From the sequence record OZ195934.1: DNA of 64,000 bases; one strand, 5' to 3'. This document shows positions 25,674 through 31,871 of the stretch, piece after piece. Under the pieces are notes generated by a model, which was not told where the DNA came from, did no database searches, and saw only the letters and a program-made list of their open reading frames with translations. Made by a program: the position numbers and the translations under genes. The number at the start of each line of letters is the position of its first letter. Position 1 is the first letter of the stretch.

Positions 25674-25748
25674 TGGTGCGTCGCCTGAGATTCGAACTCA
25701 GACTTTTCTGGTTAAAAGCCAGATGTACTACCATTATACGAACGACGC
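25674..25748 (-). tRNA. tRNA-Lys(UUU)
   Basis: Loop CUUUUAA, CCA. Confidence 0.95.
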
Positions 25749-25754
25749 ATTAAC

Positions 25755-25829
25755 TGGTGCACCCTCTCGGAATCGAACCGAGCACTGTGGGACTTCACTC
25801 CACCGCTTTTCCTGATAAGCTAAGGGTAC
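25755..25829 (-). tRNA. tRNA-Phe(GAA), atypical anticodon loop
   Basis: Loop GUGAAGU, CCA. Confidence 0.8.
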
Positions 25830-25835
25830 TTTATT

Positions 25836-25910
25836 TGGCGGACGTGGAGAATTTCGAAATCTCGACCCCGGTGTTAACAGCACCGCGCTCTGCCTCTGAG
25901 CTACACATCC
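25836..25910 (-). tRNA. tRNA-Asn(GUU)
   Basis: Loop CUGUUAA, G73, CCA. Confidence 0.95.
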
Positions 25911-25915
25911 AAATT

Positions 25916-25992
25916 TGGTACGCAGAGAGAGATTCGAACTCTCAACTCCTAGTTTCTAAGACTAGCGGCTCTGCCAATTGGCCTACCTGCGC
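25916..25992 (-). tRNA. tRNA-Leu(UAG), short variable loop
   Basis: Loop CUUAGAA, CCA. Confidence 0.9.
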
Positions 25993-26005
25993 ACTGTGTA
26001 AATAA

Positions 26006-26080
26006 TGGTCGGAGTAGAAGAATTCGAATCTTCACCGCTCGGCCCCAAACCGACTATGCTGCCATTAACACCATACTCCG
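26006..26080 (-). tRNA. tRNA-Pro(UGG)
   Basis: C1-G72, loop UUUGGGG, CCA. Confidence 0.95.
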
Positions 26081-26109
26081 AAAAACTTTTGTAGAACTTC
26101 GTTCTTACA

Positions 26110-26230
26110 TTGTACATGATGTTTTCTTCGTTGTAAACATCTTTTTTGAAAAACTTTTCGTTCGTTTTCGAACGTTTAAATGCTTTTCTCTATTGTACAT
26201 GATGTTTTCGTCATTGTAAACATCTTTTTT
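26110..26230 (-). promoter_or_regulatory. Tandem duplicated T4-type early promoters driving the tRNA array
   Basis: Two near-identical copies of AAAAAAGAT-GTTTACA-17 nt-TACAAT (about 26110-26147 and 26193-26230). Confidence 0.8.
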
Positions 26231-26378
26231 AAATCTTTTTGAATGACTTAACGTTTTTGTTTTAACACGTTAATCATATCACTCGTTTACGACTCGTTAA
26301 ACACTTATTTGTGAATAATTTCGTTAAATTCTATCATCGCGACAGTAGATAACGAGACACGGTCCTAAACGTATCGTT

Positions 26379-26454
26379 TGGCACTCGATATAAGATTCGA
26401 ACTTATAACCTGCGCCTTCGTAGGACGCTGCTCTTCCAATTGAGCTAATCGAGC
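26379..26454 (-). tRNA. tRNA-Arg(ACG)
   Basis: Loop CUACGAA, CCA. Confidence 0.95.
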
Positions 26455-26536
26455 ATTAAAGCTTGTTTGCTTTCTTTGTTTATCATACTCTGCTTTGAAA
26501 GCATGTTAAACAAAGAATTTCAGTTTATTTCGCCCA

Positions 26537-26562
26537 TAAAAAAGGACGCTAATCTGCGTCCT
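26537..26562 (-). terminator. Intrinsic terminator
   Basis: GAGGACGC-AGATTA-GCGTCCTTTTTT. Confidence 0.8.
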
Positions 26563-26591
26563 CAAGTATACTTCTATGTTATACTTTCGGA

Positions 26592-26708
26592 CTACATTCG
26601 TGGATCCCATTTCTGGTTGCCAAACGTCGGATTCGCCAGATATACCGATACTGAGCTAAAGCGCATTTCGCTTCGTAAAATCTCAATATGTGTATTAGAA
26701 TGTGGCAT
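26592..26708 (-). CDS. Putative 38-aa leader peptide
   Basis: AAGAGAG SD; MPHSNTHIEILRSEMRFSSVSVYLANPTFGNQKWDPRM*. Confidence 0.35.
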   Translation of the reverse strand: MPHSNTHIEILRSEMRFSSVSVYLANPTFGNQKWDPRM

Positions 26709-26823
26709 CGTGGCTCTCTTTTCGAACGTAAAAATTGTTGTTTTGTTTTTTCTATAATTGTACTTATAAGACTAAAATCGAGGTTTCGTGCGTTTTTTGC
26801 AAAAAACCTCGAAAAAAGTGAAA

Positions 26824-27063
26824 TTATTTTTTAAAGTGCTTTCTTTTATTGCACTCAGCTAAGATTTCATTGTCATAATGATTCTGAAGCTGCTTGAATT
26901 TCTTGTGCTGATCTGGCGTTAGCTCATTCTCATCACGAAGATTTTTCAAGAACCCAAGAGGTTTACGAAACGACTTGCGATACGAGTCTAAACGCTGATC
27001 AGTCAAACCGACTAGTTGTTTAGGCGTTAGCAATGTCTTATTAATGTCAAAGTTCTTACTCAT
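26824..27063 (-). CDS. Hypothetical basic protein, 79 aa
   Basis: SD AGGGG, ORF. Confidence 0.7.
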   Translation of the reverse strand: MSKNFDINKTLLTPKQLVGLTDQRLDSYRKSFRKPLGFLKNLRDENELTPDQHKKFKQLQNHYDNEILAECNKRKHFKK

Positions 27064-27085
27064 GTGTTACCCCTTGTATTGAAAT

Positions 27086-27200
27086 TGGCTGACCGATGCG
27101 GGACTCGAACCCACGACCACGTGCTTAACAGGCAATTAGAAATGCGGTAGCGATACTTATCAATATCATTTACGTGCTCTACCACTGAGCTAATCGGTCA
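27086..27200 (-). ncRNA. tRNA-Asn(GUU)-shaped RNA with 38-nt insertion in the anticodon stem
   Basis: Deleting 27134-27171 restores stem CGUGC/GCACG and loop CUGUUAA; 8-bp acceptor; G73-CCA. Confidence 0.75.
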
Positions 27201-27205
27201 ATTGT

Positions 27206-27449
27206 TTAGTTCGCTTTTGCAGTGCACCGAGCCACCTCAGAATTGATACATTTCGTTTGACGCGCATTCGGATGGTTACGCTTTGCGTCGTGAGTCTGTC
27301 AGCGATGCATGGCATACACACACCCCGTTTCTCACCTACTCTGCCCTACAGACGTTATCTGCTTGGTTAACAATTGCACTCGCATTAGGTATAACATGTC
27401 ACCGTCATCTTCCGGACGATTTCAGTGTATGCACTCAAAAGCGAACTAA
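27206..27449 (-). ncRNA. About 245-nt structured RNA closed by a long helix
   Basis: UUAGUUCGCUUUUG-AGUGCA / UGCAC-UGCAAAAGCGAACUAA plus internal hairpins; no credible minus-strand ORF. Confidence 0.6.
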
Positions 27450-27462
27450 TGTTGATTCTATT

Positions 27463-28011
27463 CTACTTCTCTCGCAATGTAAACAGCAGATTGCGATAAT
27501 CGAAGTTTCGTTTGTTCTTTGTATTGTAGAAGCTAGTCCAGTCGATTGCAACGGGACAATTCTTACTACCGACACGAGCAATGAATATCTCGTGTGTCGC
27601 GCTGTGCTTCGCGTTATAAGCTCTTACTCGTTTTTCATAGTGAGCTATGTATTCTGCACAAGCAGCGTTGTAATCAGCTCTAGAGAACGTCTTACCTTTC
27701 ATAAAGCGTGCATCAAGATACGGACGAATAACCCGAACGCGTTCTCCCGACCATGCCATATTAAAGCTGTTTTCAATTTCACCTAGAATTTGACCAGTCT
27801 TTAAGTTACGGCTCAGTATGACCCAACAGCGTGTACGACGATAGTCTTCAAAACGCATCACCTTAATGTGTGCATTAATGAATTCATCGCGTTTAGCGTT
27901 GCACTCAATGCGTGCTGCACGACGCTGTTCTTCAGTCATCGACTCTCGAACTTCTTTCGGATACAATGTAGCAAAGCGTTTCGGGCAATCTGCCATCGTT
28001 AGCTTTTTCAT
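27463..28011 (-). CDS. Hypothetical protein, 182 aa
   Basis: SD GAGG, coupled to upstream ORF. Confidence 0.75.
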   Translation of the reverse strand: MKKLTMADCPKRFATLYPKEVRESMTEEQRRAARIECNAKRDEFINAHIKVMRFEDYRRTRCWVILSRNLKTGQILGEIENSFNMAWSGERVRVIRPYLDARFMKGKTFSRADYNAACAEYIAHYEKRVRAYNAKHSATHEIFIARVGSKNCPVAIDWTSFYNTKNKRNFDYRNLLFTLREK

Positions 28012-28218
28012 ATCATACCTCTCTTGCGTTTAAGTTGCGAACGCTCAATTTGATTGAAGACTTGCTTATCTTTTGCTTTATTGCGTCGAGAATTACCCCA
28101 ACGACTTCCAGCACATACACCAAAGCGGTCTTTTTTAAGCTTCTTAGCTAACCACAATGGTACTTCGACACGAGCACGTAAGTAGTGCTTTGCGATGTCT
28201 TTATAAGTCTTGCCCATG
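28008..28218 (-). CDS. Small basic hypothetical protein (MGKTYKD...)
   Basis: SD AGAGG; start moved to ATG 28218. Confidence 0.7.
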
Positions 28219-28230
28219 ATAATTTCCTCT

Positions 28231-28471
28231 TGTTGCCGCTCCGTGGAATCGAACCACGTCAAACACAACACCTCGTCAGCCCAATAAGAGTTTCGAAGTA
28301 AGAGCTTACTAGCACATTAAAGCACGGGGCATTATTTCTCTCAAGCAGTTTTCGACCACCGCGTGAGCTTTCTTATCCCCAGTCCCAGTGATTCAGAACG
28401 AAACATGATAGCGAGTCATGAGTTGAACTAATGTTGGGAAAACACTGCGTATTGTACACCGAGTAAGCGGC
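28231..28471 (-). ncRNA. About 240-nt RNA with tRNA-like acceptor stem and T arm (tmRNA-like topology, non-Ala acceptor)
   Basis: 5' GCCGCUU pairs with 3' GAGCGGC after T arm CGUGG-UUCGAUU-CCACG; internal GCAGUGUUUUC/GAAAACUGC helix. Confidence 0.6.
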
Positions 28472-28485
28472 ATTGTTAATAAACT

Positions 28486-28605
28486 TGGTGCCCTACGTGA
28501 ACGTTGAACGTTTTTCTACTTAGCTTCCATCTACCTCACTCAACGAAGAGCTATAGATTCCGTCAAGGTCTACTTCCACTTGACTAAGCGATTCAAACGT
28601 AGGAC
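28486..28605 (-). ncRNA. 120-nt CCA-ending RNA with acceptor-like stem but no cloverleaf
   Basis: GUCCUACG/CGUAGGGC-A-CCA; no T or anticodon arm. Confidence 0.65.
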
Positions 28606-28644
28606 ATATTTTGAAAGTAGTCTCGTAAAACTACTTTGAGAATA

Positions 28645-28722
28645 TGGTGACCCTCGTGGGACTCGAACCCAACTATCTTTCGGTTATGAGCCGACTGCTT
28701 TTACCAGTTAAGCTAAAGGGCC
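28645..28722 (-). tRNA. tRNA with CAU anticodon, Ile2 (lysidine)-like
   Basis: GGCCC.. acceptor and loop CUCAUAA resemble bacterial tRNA-Ile2. Confidence 0.8.
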
Positions 28723-28723
28723 A

Positions 28724-29089
28724 TTATGTTTCTAGCCATCTACCAATCTTTGCAGCGAAGATGTTTTCTTCTTCGTTGATTAGCGCAGTCGATTTCATTT
28801 GATGAAACATATCTTGCTTGTGAAGCGTATCAAGTTTGACTGCACATTGCAACAACTCTTTTACGCTTCGCATAATTTCTTCTGAATCAAGCTGCGACGT
28901 TTCAGGATGATAAATCAAATTCTGAAGCACAGCTTCTATGTTGCCGTAACAACCCATACCAATAAAATTGATGATAAGTCGATACTGCATTTCTACTGAG
29001 AATGAACAATGCTTGCGCAAATTGCGCTTAACGACTTCACATACTAGCAACTTCTCTTCGAGTTCTTGCTTTATTGCTGTAAACTTCAT
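28724..29089 (-). CDS. Hypothetical protein, 121 aa
   Basis: SD GAGGTG, ORF. Confidence 0.7.
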   Translation of the reverse strand: MKFTAIKQELEEKLLVCEVVKRNLRKHCSFSVEMQYRLIINFIGMGCYGNIEAVLQNLIYHPETSQLDSEEIMRSVKELLQCAVKLDTLHKQDMFHQMKSTALINEEENIFAAKIGRWLET

Positions 29090-29105
29090 TGTTCACCTCT
29101 TAAAA

Positions 29106-29228
29106 TGGTGGAGAGTGCGGGATTCGAACCACGCGGCCAAAAGATTTACTTAGTTAGTGTTTGCAGCATGAATACTTGACAATATTCTGTCAACGTTCTT
29201 TTGCTCTACCAGACTGAGCTAACTCTCC
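29106..29228 (-). ncRNA. tRNA-shaped RNA with about 50-nt domain replacing the anticodon loop
   Basis: Normal acceptor, D and T arms plus CCA; AAAGA/UCUUU stem encloses ACG-hairpin-GUAUUCAUGCUGCAA. Confidence 0.75.
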
Positions 29229-29234
29229 ATTTAA

Positions 29235-29374
29235 AACACATTGAGCAGGGTGCAGGATTCGAACCTGCGTCACGATCTTAGAATGATATGCTGTTTGGGT
29301 TGCTGAATACAAGCTATACAACTTGCGTTTATGCTACGTGTGCTAGCCACTACACCAACCCTGCTCAATGTGTT
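29235..29374 (-). ncRNA. tRNA-shaped RNA with 49-nt motif insertion in anticodon stem, flanked by 17-bp helix
   Basis: D arm GGUGUAGUGGCUAGCAC, T arm GCAGG-UUCGAAU-CCUGC, insert carries UAUUCAGCAACC. Confidence 0.75.
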
Positions 29375-29419
29375 CTAGTGCAATGCCATATGAACTCACA
29401 TGGCATCACTGAACCTGTT

Positions 29420-29584
29420 TTATATTGCCTTAGCTAACCAACACAATCTGAAATCGTGCGCTTTAATAAAGGGAGGGCGTCCCTCTTCGCCAGTTAGCAT
29501 AGATGTGTTGCTATGCACCCATTTGTCAATCATGTCCAAGGCAAACAGAACAATGAATACGAGTGCGAGAAGATATACAATCAA
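29420..29584 (-). CDS. Small membrane protein, 54 aa (TTG start)
   Basis: SD GAGGTG; MIVYLLALVFIVLFALDMIDK... hydrophobic N-terminus; not in ORF track. Confidence 0.5.
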   Translation of the reverse strand: MIVYLLALVFIVLFALDMIDKWVHSNTSMLTGEEGRPPFIKAHDFRLCWLAKAI

Positions 29585-29607
29585 ATTGAAACACCTCGCT
29601 AAAAAGT

Positions 29608-29753
29608 TAGAGCATATTGGTCGTGCGTACTAGAATCGAACTAGTCCTACGATCTCCTAATGATATGCGTTATTGGTTGCTGAATACTTACTTGTCAGTA
29701 AGCGTTATGCTACGTGTGCTGCCACTACACCAACGCACGACCAATATGCTCTA
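29608..29753 (-). ncRNA. Paralogue of 29235..29374 with 48-nt insertion, flanked by 21-bp helix, CCA encoded
   Basis: Same conserved insert, compensatory changes in all helices. Confidence 0.75.
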
Positions 29754-29754
29754 G

Positions 29755-29909
29755 ATTATTTAATTTGCGTGCTACTTGCACGACGACTGAGCGAATTATA
29801 ACTCAGCTAGTTTTTGTTCGAGAACTCGGCGGCTAAGCCTATTCACTGCTTGTCAGAACTTAGAACTGACCTCATGTTTTCATTGCGTCTAACACGCAAA
29901 TTAAATAAT
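29755..29909 (-). ncRNA. 155-nt structured RNA closed by 17-bp helix
   Basis: AUUAUUUAAUUUGCGUG/CACGCAAAUUAAAUAAU; internal hairpins GUCAG/CUGAC and GCUGAG/CUCAGU. Confidence 0.55.
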
Positions 29910-30021
29910 TCTTATCTTCAGTAAAGAGCAGAAACGATAAGACTAGTCTGTTTAATCAATCGTGTTCATCTTCAAGAAGAGGCGAAAACGATGAACTTAG
30001 TTCGCTTAATCAACTGTGTTA

Positions 30022-30145
30022 ATCTTAGCAGCTTTTTCGCTGAAGTCAAACACTTTTTTCAAATTTCTTTCATCGAATCAAGAGTTTGTGTTGCTGTCTC
30101 TCGACTCGATGAAATACATTCTACAGGAAAACAAAGCGAAGTCAA
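30022..30145 (-). promoter_or_regulatory. Two sigma70-type early promoters heading the RNA array
   Basis: TTGACT..TAAGAT (30049-30022) and TTGACT..TAGAAT (30145-30118), both with A-rich UP tracts. Confidence 0.7.
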
Positions 30146-30163
30146 CAAGTATTTTCAACTTTT

Positions 30164-30415
30164 TTACGATTGAATGATAATACCGCTTTCCGTCTCACCG
30201 CGCTCAAGAGCTGCGTGCTTAATCTGTAGTTGTGCTACTGCTTGTTGAAGTTCTGTGATCGTCTGATCATATAGCTTCATGTTGCTTTGCATGTGTTTAA
30301 TCTGATCGCTCTGCAAACCAACGATATAGGTAAGCAAGATGATGCTTTCATTATCTTGCAGTTCTTCACCGTCGTTGTATTTCTTCAGAACAGATTGGAT
30401 TGTAATATCAGCCAT
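30164..30415 (-). CDS. Hypothetical protein with coiled coil
   Basis: Start MADITIQ overlapping upstream stop. Confidence 0.7.
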   Translation of the reverse strand: MADITIQSVLKKYNDGEELQDNESIILLTYIVGLQSDQIKHMQSNMKLYDQTITELQQAVAQLQIKHAALERGETESGIIIQS

Positions 30416-30863
30416 TGTTTTCAGCCCATGACAAATCGAGTGGTTCAACGTATTCGTCTACAAGTCGAACTTCGGCTTCGACGAACAAGGGAGTGATTGC
30501 ATCGTCATACGAAAGCGTGACGTGCGGAGTATAGTCAGGGTAATCGTGAGTACCACCGATAGAGATAAGGTCTTCATGACGCGCTACAAGCTCAGGACAT
30601 TTCATCTTCGCAACAACTGCGTGATTACCGTCTTGAGTTTTCCAGCAATCGATATACTCAATAGTTGCTACGAATGTCGTATCAACGGCAGGCACATCAA
30701 TTTGATTGCGACTGTATAGAACAGTGACGTGAAATTTATCTGGATCTAAAGGATTTGCTAGACGAAGCGATGTCTGCAAGCGAACTAACTCTTGTTTACT
30801 CGATTCGTCTAGTTTGATACCAACGTACGTCCCCTGACTTTCAAGGAACGTAGATAGTTTCAT
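30408..30863 (-). CDS. acb1: gp57B / anti-CBASS nuclease Acb1 homologue (2H phosphoesterase)
   Basis: Two HxT motifs (FHVTVLYSR, YTPHVTLSY), WKTQDG, GTHDYPDY; T4 gp57B position. Confidence 0.9.
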   Translation of the reverse strand: MKLSTFLESQGTYVGIKLDESSKQELVRLQTSLRLANPLDPDKFHVTVLYSRNQIDVPAVDTTFVATIEYIDCWKTQDGNHAVVAKMKCPELVARHEDLISIGGTHDYPDYTPHVTLSYDDAITPLFVEAEVRLVDEYVEPLDLSWAENNG

Positions 30864-31123
30864 TATTCTGCTTCTTTTTCTTCAGTTGGTTCAGCAGGGC
30901 GTTCAGCCTTGCCAGTAAGAATCGCGATCTCGTCAACGTAGTTTTGAAGAGACGCTGCTTTCTCTTGATCGAAATCAAGTAGCTGTGCAAGTACACCCAC
31001 GAATTGACCGAAAGACTGACGTTCAGCTTGTAGAGTTTCTTGAGTGTCGAATTGACGAACTTTCAGATCTTTTACTTGAGCTTGAAGAGTTTCGATTACT
31101 TGTTCTGGAGTTTGTTGTGACAT
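30863..31123 (-). CDS. gp57A: gp57A tail-fibre chaperone
   Basis: Coiled coil LQAQVKDLKVRQFD; located between gp1 and 57B. Confidence 0.75.
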   Translation of the reverse strand: MSQQTPEQVIETLQAQVKDLKVRQFDTQETLQAERQSFGQFVGVLAQLLDFDQEKAASLQNYVDEIAILTGKAERPAEPTEEKEAE

Positions 31124-31133
31124 TCTGTTCACC

Positions 31134-31775
31134 TTAAATTTTTAATTGATTAATTTGATCATGTAGCTCAGATAGTGAGCCGTTATTATCTATTTGAATG
31201 GCTTCGAGTATAAACCCAAGCTCTGTGTCGCTAATGTGATTAGATGCCAGTGAACCGTTTCGGTTAACTTGAAGCATTGTCCCATCAAGCTCTTGTACTA
31301 ACGCTAATTCGTTTTCGAATCGCACATCAGTAATTATAAACTTTAAATCTGGTGTATTAAACACCAATTCGTTGTATTTGTTTCTAGCGTAATTGATCCA
31401 GTGCTGTTCGTCTATCGAACGCGCTACATCGGTGCCGGTCATTTGTAGTAAGTCGCGAATACTGAATAGTCCCGTATGCGGTAGCAAGCAAAAGTAGACA
31501 TAATCATAGTCAGCGTCTACGTTGGCGTACTCACAAGCAAGAAGAACGATTTCAACCGCTTCATCAAAAGTGAATGTTGGGATTTCTCTATCGAAGTCAT
31601 CTTGACCATCTATATCAGCATATTCATACCCATAGTCTTGAAGCCCGATAAGCAATCCCTCTTTAATAGGATCAGCAAATTTGTAAATGTAAGTCTGATC
31701 ACTATGGGATTCTTTAATGACGGTTGCTACAGTATCTTTGCCTGAGCGTTTTTGTCCATTTATTCCGATTATCAT
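31134..31775 (-). CDS. gp1: dNMP kinase
   Basis: IIGINGQKRSGKDT, FADPIK, RDLLQMTGTD, ITDVRFENE. Confidence 0.9.
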   Translation of the reverse strand: MIIGINGQKRSGKDTVATVIKESHSDQTYIYKFADPIKEGLLIGLQDYGYEYADIDGQDDFDREIPTFTFDEAVEIVLLACEYANVDADYDYVYFCLLPHTGLFSIRDLLQMTGTDVARSIDEQHWINYARNKYNELVFNTPDLKFIITDVRFENELALVQELDGTMLQVNRNGSLASNHISDTELGFILEAIQIDNNGSLSELHDQINQLKI

Positions 31776-31871
31776 AGTGTTACCAGTTTAGTGTTGTTCA
31801 TAAGCTAATTATACGCGCCAATCACCATATTCTAAACAAGTAGCGATTTAGGTTCCTATTCTCTAATACTT

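Noticed and set aside
27283-27786. 167-aa plus-strand ORF and other antisense ORFs in the track (e.g. 16145..16600, 40888..41349, 60913..61371)
   Set aside because: They are shadows of minus/plus-strand genes or structured RNAs, with no SD and atypical composition.
28231-28471. Bona fide tmRNA (ssrA)
   Set aside because: No G3-U70 alanine determinant, no GGAUUCGAC 5' motif and no recognisable tag ORF; kept only as an unknown tRNA-like RNA.
27086-29753. Group I introns in tRNA anticodon loops
   Set aside because: Inserts are only 38-50 nt and lack P7/catalytic core sequences.
20994-29909. CRISPR array or phage mini-array
   Set aside because: The recurring CAGCAA motif is short, irregularly spaced and embedded in folded RNAs; there are no constant-length repeats with unique spacers and no cas genes.
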